A DNA stretch of 64,000 nt from Psammoneis japonica (taxonomy: Eukaryota), in assembly GCA_008632985.1 (NCBI GenBank), contig QPGO01000015.1, positions 125,998 through 189,997 of the forward strand, given 5' to 3'. The number at the start of each line of letters is the position of its first letter. Positions within the stretch are counted from its first letter, which is position 1. Positions 10,945 through 24,039 of the stretch are shown here, in pieces. The notes beneath the pieces were generated by a model that saw only the letters and a list, made by a program, of their open reading frames with translations, did no database searches and was not told where the DNA came from. The position numbers and the translations under genes were made by a program.

Positions 10945-13900
10945 TTTTTGTTGTGCACACTGTTGTTGTTGCTCCAGCTTGCTGTGGCTTCTTCAAAAAA
11001 CTTGTGTTGTTCCATCATGAGGAAGCTGCAAGCAATGCCAGTGCATTGTTGCCATGACATGTGGGAAAGCAGCCACACAACTGAGAAAGACAAAATCTCA
11101 CAAAGACCCTGTGGCAGAGTTCCAAACCAGCACTCTGTTTTGCAACATCATCCAAGAATGGCCTGGTCCACCAGGCTCAAGCAAAGCAGTGATTTTGGAT
11201 GTGCTGTCATTCCACCAGGTTGTGCAGTTGTGATGGATCTTAAGTTTGGCATCACAACATTCAGCAATGCCCAGCATTTTTGCATGTTTGATTTGAGAAC
11301 AACTGCACACATTTTGTTTTTCTTGCCAGATCACATTGTGCCACCACAAAAGCTGGCCCCTTGCATTCCATCCTTGAGCCCAAACTTCAGAATTTGAGCC
11401 AGTTTGGGCTCACCAGCTCCACTTGCCCTGTCAGAGTGTCCAGTGGAATGACCCTGTGTTCTTGCAGCTCTTTGGCTGAGACCTGAGCCAGAGATGCTTC
11501 CTGGTGGCCACACCACCAAATGCCTTTTCCTCAATGAAACAAGAGTGACAGAAAAAAGCCCTCTCAAGCTTTGTCTGGTGGCACATCATCATCCTCACCT
11601 TTTTGGTCATTGGCCTCATGGATTGAGTGGCACAGGTGCTGCCAACACTGTCGTGTCATTTGCCACCTGATTGAGTGGCATTCAGAGCAGCAAGGCAACT
11701 GTCACAGGCATCTCTTGCTTCATCCCCATTGCTGCCTGATTGATTTGTGCTCCAAGCAGACTGGCAATTTTGTCAATGGCTGTCATCATGGACACCATCA
11801 GCCAGCAACAACATTGCTGTTGCTGCACCATCATCCTTCACTGACTCCAACACCCAAAACCTGCATTGCCTCAAACCATCACCCTTGGAATTGGTTTGAA
11901 GAATGTTTGCACCAACATCAGAGTCAATTGTGATGGCATTCTTGGGTCATTGTGATGCCTCATGAATTTTGGTTTCAAACTCAAGATGCACTTTGGCAGA
12001 GATGGGAGCATGCAAATGAGCACCCAGCCCACCTTGTTGTTCCTTTTCCTTGCCTCTAAAAGGAGCCCCACAAGTGAGGGAGATTTGGCAGAGCAGAGTT
12101 AATGTGGTCCCACATGCTTTGATGAGATTCCATGGCTTCACCTTGTTTGCACCTTGCACCTGGTTTGATGCAATCACCAGGTCATTTCAGCACATCATGG
12201 ATCATCTTGCTGCAGCTGAACTGTCAAAAATGGCTCACATCAGCACTGACGCAAAGCCTTCCACCCAATGGTGCTTGGTCTCTTGGCACATGATGCCACC
12301 CAAAGCTTGCCTCTGGGCTTTCTGCAATTGGCACAGAAGTGCAAGAACATGCCATCAAATGGTGTCAACAAATTTTGGATTTAAACCACACTCACCAGAG
12401 TCTGGAGTGCTGTCTTCCACCATTCCAGTGGCACTGCTCACAGGGTGGTGCACCCAAAGCTCCTCCCACATCTGCACTTTCCATCATCAGTGCAGAGGTG
12501 TGATGCTGTGGAGTGGTGTCAAACAACTTAAACATGAGCTGCCTGAGGCCAGGACAGATAAAGTCTTTTGCCATTTCAGCCACTCAGCTCACAGGACAAT
12601 GTTCCCAAAGCTCATCTTCATGCTCTCCATTGCACACACTGAAAAACAAGAACATTCTGCCCAGTGTGGAAACTTGGACACAACCTTTCCATGCTGAGGT
12701 GGATGTCTTCTGTCACTTCAGTCATTTTTGTCTCAGAACCATGTGCCTGAAGCTTGCCTCCTTGCTTGGCATCATCTGAATGGATGGAAGTGCAGCATTT
12801 TGCAAAATGACATCAAACGTGCTGGACTTGAGAAACTGTGTCTGCCAGGGTGGGCATCTTTCACCATTTCCATGGTTTTGCCAAAAAAGAAACCACAATT
12901 CTGGCTCCAAGTGCTGCTGCACTGCTGATCAGAAAGCTGACATTGGCAAACCCACAATTCCAGTGCACTGCAACAGTGCAGCAGCAGAAGCCACTGTGGG
13001 GCTGGCCAAGGTCAGTGCCACCTTGCAGCAATGCTTGCCTGAGGCAACCAGGGACAACAAGACAACACTTCACAGAATTTGTTGCTTTTGGATGGACTGG
13101 AAACATGGCTGGCATGCCACAACAGCAAAGAACAATTGCTTTCAAAATTTGGTGTTTAAGAACAGCAAAAAAGGAGCGAGATCAAAACATGATCACCAAA
13201 TCACTGGCTGGCACACATCAAAATGGGGGGCACTTTCAAACCTCCAAGCAGTGCAGCAGCAGTGGAGAGATCACTGCATGGAGCAGGGATCTTGATTTGC
13301 CAGCAAGGAAGGGAGGAGTTGTCCAGGACTGGGAGATCAGAAATGGGAGCACTTGATGATGTGACCAGTCAGCTGTTGAAAAAAAAACGTTTTTCACACA
13401 CAGAAACCCAAGCTGAATCTTGCACAGAAATGCCAACACATGCAGCAAATGGAAGGCTGTCAATTGGTGCCCAAATGGGACACTTGCACTCATGCTTGTT
13501 GATGCCTCAACAGACTGGTGTCGGGGTTGGCAATGATGTGCACAGTGATCCTGCAAGTGTTTTCCACCATCACAAAAGTTGGCATGGAAACAAAGAAGCA
13601 TGCTTTCCATGGGTGCCAAAGAGGTGGCCAAGCAAGGCATGTCAATGCTGGGAACATTTCTTGTGCAACAAAACATGGTGCTTGATCAACTGTCTTCTGT
13701 TGTGTGTTCTGCCAATGGTGTCTTTCTTTCACAGTGGAGAAACACCAACAACTGGCAGCTGGACCTTTTTGAGATGTGCAGCAGGTGTCACATCCACAAA
13801 AACCATCCAAAGAAGCTGATGCAGCTGCCAAGTGCACATTGTTGCAGAGCTTTTGTTTCAAGCACATTGGCCAAGTGACGTTGCCACAAAAAACTGTGGG

Positions 13901-15559
13901 ACACATTTTTTCATGCTTTTGTGCTTCACAGCATTTTTGCTTGAGTTTTTGCTTGGTGCCAAATGCAGCATCCAAAATTGTTGTGGGAGCAGCTCATGGA
14001 TTTTTCATCAGACACACACTCACACAAGGCGTGAGTGACTCCTTGACCTGATTTTGTGGGAGATCTACAGCCCAGCCCCACCAAGCCAAGCACCTGAGGT
14101 CATCAAACAGCAGACAAACTCCATTCTGGGTGGTGGAAACACCTGCACCTGGTCAAAAATCTTTCACAAAAACCCAGCAGGTCAAATTGTGAGCTGACCA
14201 CACCCACAATGTTTGGCGCATGCAAAACAATCAGCCAAGTGCTCAAGTGAGCAAACAGGGGGGGGGGGGTTCCAATGTGCACACCAGAGCTGCCTGGAAA
14301 ACTCAGAAGCAGTTTTTCTGAGAAAACAGCTCATTGTGAGTGACACAGCACACACACCAAATGACAGTGCAAAAATTGCTTGGGCCAGAATCACTCATGC
14401 TGGTGGATGGGTTGGCCAGTCAGCTTGCGTGATCTTTGAAGAACCACCACATGCAGCAATCTTCACACAGCAGTCTTTTGACCTTGTGTCCAGCAGTGTC
14501 TGCATGTTTTTCCTTTTGTGATTTGCACTGTGAACTGTGCAGGACAATGATTTTGGACACCCAAACTTGACTTGATGCGGGGAATGAAAACAAATTGGAT
14601 TCTCCATTGTTTGGCACATTGAAATGTGAGCATGAAATTGGCAATTTTTGCAGCAATTTTTTCACATTGGGGATTCAACTGTTCTTAACACACACACACA
14701 CACACACAATTGACCATGCAACCAGAGCCAGAGTTGCACTGGCTTCTTTTGGTCCAGGGTGGTTGCTGCAGGTGCAAAGAGTGGGGCACATTGCAGCTGC
14801 AGGAGGGCAACAATGTGACGCTGAGTGTGTGCTGCCAAGCTGAGCAGCCCAGCTTGGTTGCAAGCCAAGCCCTGCCAGGCCAGCTGCCCACTGGCTCCAG
14901 TTGCTCCCAATGTGCATCAATTGTTGAAGGAGCACCACATTGACTCAAAAGCTGTGTTTTGAGTGGGACAGAGAGAAAAAGTTGTCATGTTGGCTGGTGC
15001 TTGCTTCAGACCCTGCATCATGAGTGCAAGCTCCTCTTGAGAAAAGAGCAAGAGACACTGCACACAGTCATTTTTGGCACCTGTCTTTGGTTGCCCACTT
15101 GTCAAATGACTCTTGAACCCAACCTCACTTGGAGTTTTGTCACTTTTCAACCACAAAAGCAGGGCCAACCTTTTGTTGGCTGTTGGCTTTTTTGTGGCTG
15201 GGGGTTGCTGTTGCAGGCACAAATGGTGGGCACATGCTGTGTGGCTGCAGGGCAACAATGTGATGCCAAGCATGTGCAACACACCAAGGAGCCAAGTGAC
15301 TCAGCTCATCTTTGAATGGAGCCCCAGGACAGCAGCCAGTTCTGGGTGTTCCCAGCATGGTTTGCTTGCTCAAGCTGTGCTGCATTCAACCCACACAAGG
15401 CTCTGTGTTGTGGCAGGGTGGCTTGTTGTTGCAAGCCATGAGGAGTCAGCAGTCAGCCAGGGGCCCATCTTGCAAAGGCCACACATGTTGACCCTGCAGA
15501 AAGCTGTGTGCTGAGGGGCCAGGCACAGGGACCTGCAATGATGAATGGCTTCATGGCCA

Positions 15560-15857
15560 TTGGCCCCAAGTTGGCATTTTAATTGAGAGCCAGTGCTGAG
15601 GGGCTGTGAAGTGTGGGGTCAGGAGCCCAGAGCCAGCTCAGCCTGCACTCTTTGTTGATGGCACAAAGTGCTGCTGCAGCTGTCTTTGCATTGCAACCAG
15701 CCAGGTGCAGTTGGCCCCAAGTTGGCACTCAATTGAGAGCTGCTGCCAAGGGGCTGTGAAGTGTGGGGTTGGGCAGTCCAGCCAGCTCACACTCTTTGCT
15801 GACAGCAGAAAGTGCTGTCACAGCTGTCTTTGCATTGTGGTGCCAGCCAGGTGCACA
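15560..15857 (+). repeat. Diverged tandem duplication, 2 x ~150 bp
   Basis: Units start ttggccccaagttggca at 15560 and 15711. Both contain ggggctgtgaagtgtgggg and cagctgtctttgcattg. Confidence 0.9.
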
Positions 15858-18800
15858 TGGCCAGAGCAGCCTTGGCGCATCCTGCTGACAAAGCTGGCAA
15901 AGATGGCAACTCTTGTGGTTGGGCTGGCATGCAGGAGGTCTGGTCACACCCCTGGGAAGTCAAACAGGAAGGAGGACTCAGCATTGCCACCAGCGCCAGA
16001 AATGCCAGCTTGTCTTGAGAGAGATTTGAGCCCACACAGCTCCGAGTTGGGTGTCTTGGCTGGCAGGTTAGAAAACATTCTTGAGCACAGTCTGGCATGT
16101 GGGCAGTGCTGTCACCAAGAGAGCTGCTCTGCAAAGGAAGAGGGAAATGGGCAACAACATTTTGCAAGAACTGCTTTGTCAATGGTCTGATGGGATGGGG
16201 CACCAGCATCTGGATTTTGACAGAGCATTTGGTGGACAAAGCTTGGGCACAGAGAGCTGTCCACTCAAGCTCCACAAGCAGCACATTCCAAAGATGGCAC
16301 CACACATGGGCCATGTGTTCATGCATCAACATGCCTCAAGCTGCAAGTCACATGAAAAACCACCACCAATCTTTCAACCAACCAACGTGGAAAGAACAGG
16401 GCAAGAGGATCAAAACAAGAGCAATTCATTGACTCTCTTTTTGTTTCATGCATTCAAGAGCTTCTTGCCCTTCTCAAATCTTTGATGTGCACTGGTGTTT
16501 TTTTTAATTCAAGTGCAAGGAGGAGTCACTTTTTTTTGTTTCTTTCTCTTGAGGGGCTGTTGTTGTTGGTTGTTGAGCGATGCAATTTTTGTTGTCACAA
16601 TTTTGGAAATGTTGGCAAACCCAACCACTGCTTGATTGTCAACCCATTTGCTGTTTTGAGTCTCTGTGGCATGAAATGCCACAGACTCAGAGCCCTCAAT
16701 TGTTTCATCAAACTCAGTGCTTTGAGGCAGGTCCAACATCAACTTGACTCAGTTGAAATCCCAGTTTGTGGGTGATGAAAAATCATGAATGTCAAACAAA
16801 TGGCTGCTTTTGAGGACATCAAGATGCCCAAGTTTAGTTTGAATGTGACGGTGCACCTCACAGCTTGCAGCCATGACACGTGCAAGCATGCTTTGTTGTT
16901 GTCATTCACCCACTCACATCAAAAATGCCAGCAGATCAAAGTTCAGGAAGAGGATGGAATGCAATTTCATTTGTGGATTCATCAGCAGCATTGGTGCAAT
17001 GACATTTTGCAGCAGAAGCAATCAAAAATTCTCATTCTTCATCACCGGCATTTCTGCATTGCTCAGAATTTGAAATCTGACTGCACGATTGATTTGACAA
17101 GAGAAGTTTTTGAGTTGCAGTGTGTGTCTTTTAAATTGCCAAAATCATCGTGAATGGGCATGAACAGTGTGTGCTCTTTGTCCAACCAAAATTGCACATG
17201 TGTGCTGCGAAGGCATCAAAAAAATTTGTTGGGATGAGTGCTTTTGATCTGGTCTTTGTCACAGTCAATGCCATTTTTAGCACTTCAAACCAAGATCCCA
17301 TGCACTTCCACTTTATGGTTGGTCAACACTTTGTTGATGTCAACAAACCTTGTGTAAATGCCCTTCTTTGCCTTTGCCACCCACGTGCAGCCAGAGTGGC
17401 AGCAAACTCCAAAGCCATCCAATGCCTCTCTGCACTCTTGCACATTGTTGATGTCATCATGGCCACAGCTTTTTGTGTGGTTGCGAGACACTCTCTTCTG
17501 CTGTCCTTGCTGCTGCCAAACTGTTTGTTGCAGTGCAGGCATCTGCAAACCCAAACATCAGCGCCGCCCACCACCTTTTTCGCGGGTTGCTCCACCAATG
17601 CTGGATGACAGTCACACAAGTGCTTGTTCTTAATGGCTTTTGCCCTTTCAACACTTTCCACGCTGCTGTCATTCAACACCCAGTTGCATCCTTGAAAGTC
17701 ACAGCCTGGATAAAATGTTGCGGCACCACATGTTTGGTGGAGTCGTGCTTCACTGCCATCAGGACAAAAGCTGCATTTCTTGATGTGCTCTGCCACAAAG
17801 TCATGCCTGGCTTCAAAAGCACAACCACAATCTTGGCAGCATCAGCAGACATGTGGGCAATTGCATCCAACCATGGCGCCATTGCCAGTCCTGTTTTTGT
17901 TTGTCCATCGGATTGAACAACATCGCTGCACACCCATCATTCGAAAAACAGCAAGAGAGAGCTGTTGTTTCATTGTTTGTGCTGTTTGTGGCTTGCAGCA
18001 GAAGACATCACATTCTGGAATTCACAACAGCTTCAGCGCATGGGTTGCAGTGGTGTGCTCAGCAGGTCTGGCACAAAACTTGACACACCAGAAAACTCAC
18101 ATGCGTTTCTGCACAATTTCAAAAAATTGCATCCAACGCACCTGCGCTCACTTTTTTGCCCAGTGCCGTTTTTCCTTTGCAATTGTCGGCAAACATGCTC
18201 TCTTTTCTGCTGCTTGTTTGTGCTGGCACATGTGAAGCAAGAATCAGGCAAGCTGGTTTGCATGCATTGCCCCCCACCTCTAAAATGACCCCTCTTCTCA
18301 TCCTTGGTGGCCCCCCTCTTCTTTGATGATGCCTCCAAATGCCAGGTCTCATGAGAGCAGTGCTTGAATTTTTGCTTGGAGGCCTGTGTCACCTCCTCCC
18401 ATTTCTCTGCTGCTGAAGCATCTTGGGCAATTTGGCGGAACTCAATCTGGGCATTTTTCTGTGTGCCACATCTCTTGGTTGGCTGGGCTCTGATGTTGGC
18501 TTTGTGTCGCAGTCGTGGAAATTGGGGTGCGATCATCACAGTCGGCAATGGCAAGCATTGTGACAAACAGATCATTTTCACACCCAAACAAGAAAGACAA
18601 AGCAGCCCCCATGAGAGACACTGGCTTCAACGCCTGATTGGACGGGCTCAAACAAGCCCAGCTCGCTGACACTTTGGCCCTCCATCGACCAGGGTGCCAA
18701 GCCCTGTGTCAATCCAAAACTGGCTGCAGCAACAAAATTTTCCAGGCAATGCCAACAGCTGTCCTGCATGTCTGTGTTTGTGGTGATTGCTTCACAAGAC

Positions 18801-19582
18801 ACGTGGGCCAGGATCCCACCCCGTGGCCAAGATTGTGGTGTTCTCTCCTTTCTCCTTTTGCCAATGTTCTTGCACTTTGATTTCTGCTGCGTCTCATGGG
18901 CACAGACCCCTGAAAACCTGTCCAAAGCAATGTGGCGCTCAATGAACAGAATCAATAAAAAAAAGTTCCTTTGAAATCGATGGTGTGTCCATGAGGCAAA
19001 AAAAAATTGTTGGGACGAGTGCTTTCGATCTTTCTTGTACTTTGATTTCTGCTTCACATCAAAATCCTATTCCTTGCAATATGGCGCAGAGGAAGCGTGT
19101 TGGGCTCATAACCCAAAGGTCCAAGGATCGAAACCTTGTATTGCAATCTTTTTGTAAATGCCGTTGATGACTAAAGTGGTGCGACGTCGCGTGAGGAGGG
19201 CTGATTTTCTTTACAATAACTGTTTTGCAAAATGCATGTACTGTAGTTTGTGTTATCTGCGAAGTAGCAAACACCATGTTTGAAATTGCGAAAAGCAATA
19301 CTCTAGTAGAGAGTTGCGTTTTCCAACGAAGCGAGAATGCCACGTGTAGCTCCACTTCTCTTACGTTCATTTTCTACCGCGTTCCACGTGCGTGTGGTCC
19401 ATCCCCGTCGCGCCCCACATGAACACCGCAAAAATGGCACACCAACAAACAACGAAGAGCTCAGGCAACACTGAACACCGCTTACTGTGTAGCTCTAGAG
19501 TAGCCACACACATTTGATCTCAAGACGACAGCGTATCCCCGAAAGCAACTCACTCTTCAACACTCTCAATATTGTTCTTGCC

Positions 19583-20607
19583 ATGAAGCCTTGTATAATC
19601 CCGCTCTATGTTTGCTCTTGAGCGCCATCGACATGGAGGCAGAGGCCGCCTCACCTTTTCTTTCGAGAACCGCCGTTCCAGTCGTAAAGACATCGCCGGC
19701 AGTCCAATCCATGTTGAACTTACCACGGGGTGGTATGCAGCTTTTTGTCAAGACTCTGACGGGAAAGACTGTTTCGATTGAAGTAGAAGAGGGTGAATCG
19801 ATCGAAGACGTCAAGGCGAAAATCTCTGAAAAGGAAGGTATTCCTCCAGAACAGCAACGACTTATTTTCGGAGGACAGCAACTACAGGATGCCAAGACCC
19901 TGGATGATTATGACGTGGGCGACGATGCAACGCTTCATCTTGTGCTTCGTTTGCGTGGTGGTATGCAGCTTTTTGTGAAAACTCTGACGGGAAAGACGGT
20001 CTCGATCGAAGTAGAGGAGGGAGAATCGATTGAAGATGTCAAGGCCAAGATTTCGGAAAAGGAAGGTATTCCTCCAGAACAGCAACGTCTTATTTTTGGA
20101 GGACAACAACTGCAGGATGCCAAGACTTTGGATGATTATGACGTGGGCGACGATGCAACGCTTCACCTTGTGCTTCGTCTTCGAGGAGGAACCCGAGTCA
20201 GCTCCATCATCAACAAGGTCATGGGTCGTGGTGCGTTTGAAGTGGACGAATCCTTTGTTAAGGAAAACATGGTGGGATTGACAGATCAAGATAGACAACT
20301 TCTGAATGCGTTTGTGGAACAGAGCCAAGAAGGAAGCGAGGAGGAAGAAACGAAACCGGAATCTCAACGGGTTCGTCGCGCCCTCTTTCGTATCGGAGAC
20401 ACCATGCCCAAGCCGTGTGACGATAGCCCCGTGTTTGATGCTCAGTATCCAGCGCAATCACGAGCGGGAGAGTTTGGCTACAGGGGCACCTTGGTACAGA
20501 CAGATGGGACGAACAAGAGCACAAAACTGACCCACAAATTGTTCAAGAGGAGAGACAACAATGGAAGGCTTATTGATTTCATTCGAAGCAAAAAGATTGA
20601 CAAGTAG
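19583..20607 (+). CDS. Leader-bearing tandem ubiquitin-like protein (2 x Ub plus C-terminal extension), probable symbiont-derived/periplastid (SELMA-type) ubiquitin
   Basis: Two identical 76-aa Ub-like units at 19735-19962 and 19963-20190 each end LRLRGG, with K48 changed to Q and K63 to D. A hydrophobic then S/T/P-rich leader ends LPRGG. The start is uncertain: the ATG at 19583 needs a 1-nt indel to join the main frame. Confidence 0.85.
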
Positions 20608-20730
20608 AGTACCTCAGTGGAGTTTGAAGTGTAGTTGTTCAAATAGTGCAATATGGTCTGCTATATGCAAATAGCCTTATTCTGCGTACTCAGTAACAAA
20701 ACGGAACTAGGAACAACAGGAATAGCAACT

Positions 20731-21897
20731 TCACTTTTCTTCAGCCCCTCGTGACCAATCGTAGTACATGTTGAAGGTTTGTGTCAAAAAGTCTCCAAAC
20801 GCCATGCCATTGTCGGTCCATCGAGAAGCAAGGGGAGGAACTCTTGATGTCCCGACTCCCGCCGACAAGACTTCGTCTCGAGAGCAACTCGCAGGCATGG
20901 CAAGAGAAAAGTCGGGCGGCGTGTCAATGAAGCAAGGCAAGCTAATGCGTGCCACGCTGGACGACTGCGCTCCTCTGACGCAATGGGGCGTCGCAACCAC
21001 GGCTCCACCCGTCATGATTTGTACGCACTCTCCAATTTGTACCGCCATGCAATCTGGAGGAATGTTGACTTGAATGACCTTGTCATTTCGCCCTACAACG
21101 TATAAGCCCGACTTTGGATCTGGACTCTTCTCCAAAACCCTTCCCGTGTCATGCTCGACATAAATATCACCGGCAAGAGCAGTAAGAAAACCAGAATCAT
21201 TATGCCATCCAATCCAAGAGTCTTCCTTTGCTTCGCTGTTGCTAGTTGTTTGTTCGAGTGGATAATAGTACAAGAGTCGCCCCTTTGCTTTGTCTGTATC
21301 CTTCATGGCATTGTAGAGTGATCCTGGCGTGTAGTTTGTCGTCCTCGTTTGTGCGTAATCGTCAATGTGCTTGCAAAGATGAACCACAACATCCTTCATG
21401 AGTCTTCCCAAATGCTTGGCTGCCGCTTCAAAACCGGGAATGCATTCGTCCTTGGGCCATACATTGCACGGGTAGCTCAAGGGGTACGCTTCACGATCCT
21501 GTTCTGTGCCAGGCTTGTCGACGAGCGGATTGAAATAAAAGGATCCCTTGGCCAAGTCTGGTTTGTCTCCAAGCTTTTCCTTTCCATGAGACCACCCCGC
21601 ATTATAGAGCGAATCTTTGTCAGTCAGTTCTTGTTCTAAATACTCTTGTGGTAGGTGAGCCAACGTGTGCGCCATTGGTAGCAACGACTGTTTGGCTTGA
21701 AGAAATCCTGGAACGTTTTTGATAACAACAAGTCCGAGTGGCGAATGTTCTCCATTGTCACGGCTCGACCCAAACGCTCGGTCGAGTTCCTTGATGAGAC
21801 AGTGGTCGGATGATGGGTCTCTCACAATATCCTGGTAGTCGAGAATAACAACATTGCCGTCGTCGCCTGGATTCTCGTTTGTTGATCCTCCGTTCAT
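20731..21897 (-). CDS. 2-oxoglutarate/Fe(II)-dependent dioxygenase (IPNS/clavaminate synthase-like)
   Basis: 388-aa ORF with HxD (WHNDSGFLT), the distal His (ATPHCVRG) and RxS (RISLPCF). Confidence 0.9.
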   Translation of the reverse strand: MNGGSTNENPGDDGNVVILDYQDIVRDPSSDHCLIKELDRAFGSSRDNGEHSPLGLVVIKNVPGFLQAKQSLLPMAHTLAHLPQEYLEQELTDKDSLYNAGWSHGKEKLGDKPDLAKGSFYFNPLVDKPGTEQDREAYPLSYPCNVWPKDECIPGFEAAAKHLGRLMKDVVVHLCKHIDDYAQTRTTNYTPGSLYNAMKDTDKAKGRLLYYYPLEQTTSNSEAKEDSWIGWHNDSGFLTALAGDIYVEHDTGRVLEKSPDPKSGLYVVGRNDKVIQVNIPPDCMAVQIGECVQIMTGGAVVATPHCVRGAQSSSVARISLPCFIDTPPDFSLAMPASCSRDEVLSAGVGTSRVPPLASRWTDNGMAFGDFLTQTFNMYYDWSRGAEEK

Positions 21898-22458
21898 TTT
21901 TGAATTGATAGAGTCAAGAAGTTGTATCGCTCTGAATTTTTTGAAAGACGATCTTGAGTGTGTGCGTGGCTGGTTAGCAGTGTTGGCAACAGTCGAATGC
22001 TGTCAACAACAGTTGTCGAGGGTCGACCGAGGTTTTGTGTGATCGCAAGATGGATTGGCACGTTGGTGGCAGTTTTAGCACATTTTGTATTTTGTGAGCT
22101 GCGAAATATCTTTCCTCGTTCATGAATGATTGTATGATAATTTTTATATTTATTCATTCATGAAGGTTTAAAATAGAGAGGTGCATATTTAAATAATTAT
22201 AATGATTAAGTTAATCATATTAACGGTCCAAAAACATCATGGTACTGATACCCTGTAGGCTCTACGAGGTCATTTTCCGTTCGTCATTTTCTTGTAGCCA
22301 GTAGAAAACATACTGAATCCTACGCCGTAACGGAGAAGAGACACAAAAACACGGGCGACAAGAAACCACGAGGGCGACGAAACACGCCGGAACACACCCA
22401 ACACACACGAACGACGTTGTTGCATTTGCAAAGCACAAAGCAACTGCTGCAAGGCACC

Positions 22459-23523
22459 ATGGCTTCCGAGGTAGACGGCGCGAAACTGTTGACAAAGGAA
22501 GAGGCCGAAAAGGCAAAAGCGGAAATAGCTGATGGAATCGAGGATGAGTTTGAAGACGCTGTCGAAGAAGAAGAGGGCGCCGATGCGAGCGGCAATTTCA
22601 AAGTGCTTCCCGAGGAGCTCGCTATTCTTCGCGCCGAGTTGGCCTGCGAGTTTCCTGAAGACTACAGCTACCTGAGCGACGCATACATCATATCGGTGGC
22701 TTCCAAGCCATACTCTAAAGACCCGTCCGTCCGCAGACCTCTCGAGTACACAATGGAGAAGCTGTCTCACGTGATGGAGTGGCGAGCAGAAGCAGGTGCG
22801 CCAGAGATGGAGGACTTGCTAAAGATGGCGAACGGACCCGAGTCGGCGGTGGAAGCGGTGGAAAACCCACAGATGCTGACAAAGGCAAAGGCTCTCGCAA
22901 CGTCGCTCAATACGGGCTCTCTGTACTGGCACGGATTCACCAAGGACGGACGCCCCATTCTTTGGGTACGCACCAACCGCAAGCCATGGTATCCAGACGT
23001 TGATGCAGACGTCAATGCGCTCATTCTCCTGGCAGACGCGGGGATTCGCTCTATGCCGGAAAACGTTACTGATTTCGTCTGCCTGTCGGACTCGACATCG
23101 CCGCCTCCGCCTAATCCCAACTTTATGATCAAGATGCTCAAAGCGCTGGTTCGTGGATACCCGGACCGCTTGAATTTGCTCGTGTCGGCTCCCATCTCCT
23201 CAATTGTTCAGTTTGTTATGAATCTGCTCTTGCCTCTTATGCCCGGCAGGCTGGCGTCAAAAGTCTGTCTTTTAGACTTGGAACGGATGAGGGAGAGGCT
23301 CCCCGAGATTCTGCTCAATGGAGAAGACGATATTCCCACCTTTTTTGGAGGCACAGCCAATCACGACGAGTTTTATCCTGAGGAGGGGTCTTGTCCGAAC
23401 CGAGGGGAGGGGTGTCTTAAATTCGACTACTTTGGTATGGTGGAGCGCCTCGAAAAGGCCAAGAAGGACTTCGAGGAGAAGAACGCTTCCCCCAAACCAT
23501 CTGAGAACGGCGATGACAACTAA
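22459..23523 (+). CDS. CRAL-TRIO/SEC14 lipid-binding domain protein
   Basis: Motifs LYWHGFTKDGRPILWVR and GYPDRL.LLVSAP. First in-frame ATG at 22459. Confidence 0.85.
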   Translation: MASEVDGAKLLTKEEAEKAKAEIADGIEDEFEDAVEEEEGADASGNFKVLPEELAILRAELACEFPEDYSYLSDAYIISVASKPYSKDPSVRRPLEYTMEKLSHVMEWRAEAGAPEMEDLLKMANGPESAVEAVENPQMLTKAKALATSLNTGSLYWHGFTKDGRPILWVRTNRKPWYPDVDADVNALILLADAGIRSMPENVTDFVCLSDSTSPPPPNPNFMIKMLKALVRGYPDRLNLLVSAPISSIVQFVMNLLLPLMPGRLASKVCLLDLERMRERLPEILLNGEDDIPTFFGGTANHDEFYPEEGSCPNRGEGCLKFDYFGMVERLEKAKKDFEEKNASPKPSENGDDN

Positions 23524-24039
23524 GTATTGCGGACTCCTCGAACGGAGGGAGTTGACGGGCACTTTGGTCTGAGTCTTGTTGTTTTATGGGAGACAAGAGT
23601 CCAAAGTGAAATGGTAGTTGTTGTACATGGCTTATCTACTAACTAGAGAGAACATTGTGAAAGAATAGTATGTACTGTACCTGCTGTGCGTGGGTGTCTC
23701 CGCCTTAGCAACGACCAAAAACAAGATGCCTGTAGCATAAGTAAAGTAGGTAGAGCAGTCGCACAATATGGACCACGCTGAGACCCCCTTGGGATCTGGA
23801 TTGGTAACCTTTGCCAAGCTACGTCTTGCTGCAGATAGTATGGTACATATGGAGACGGAAATCAAATTGGATGTCCTCTGATGGACCATGACAGCAGAAG
23901 CTGTGAAAGAAACAGCTACCGCAGCGAGTTTCAGATCGAAGTCTAGCTACTCTAGCTAGAGCTCCTACGGATGCAACGTCCAAGGTTTTGTGACCAAGCA
24001 AAAACTAGTTTACGAGATCTTCCACATACCCTACTGAAC

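Larger units (their letters stand above)
9187..19050. mobile_element. Mosaic of heavily mutated repeat/transposon relics, class unresolved
   Basis: TpA and CpG are nearly absent and no credible intact protein is present. Internal duplications occur, and ~12920-13150 is similar to ~4800-5030. Confidence 0.55.

Noticed and set aside
13300..14000. Possible MULE-like transposase fragment on the minus strand
   Set aside because: Only vague resemblance. The catalytic motifs could not be reconstructed with confidence.
3200..19000. Hundreds of Cys/His-rich ORFs here and in 35-55 kb, resembling metal-binding proteins
   Set aside because: They are an artefact of TA/CG depletion, which leaves few stops and an excess of TGY/CAY codons. 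No coherent domains appear beyond the TE relics.
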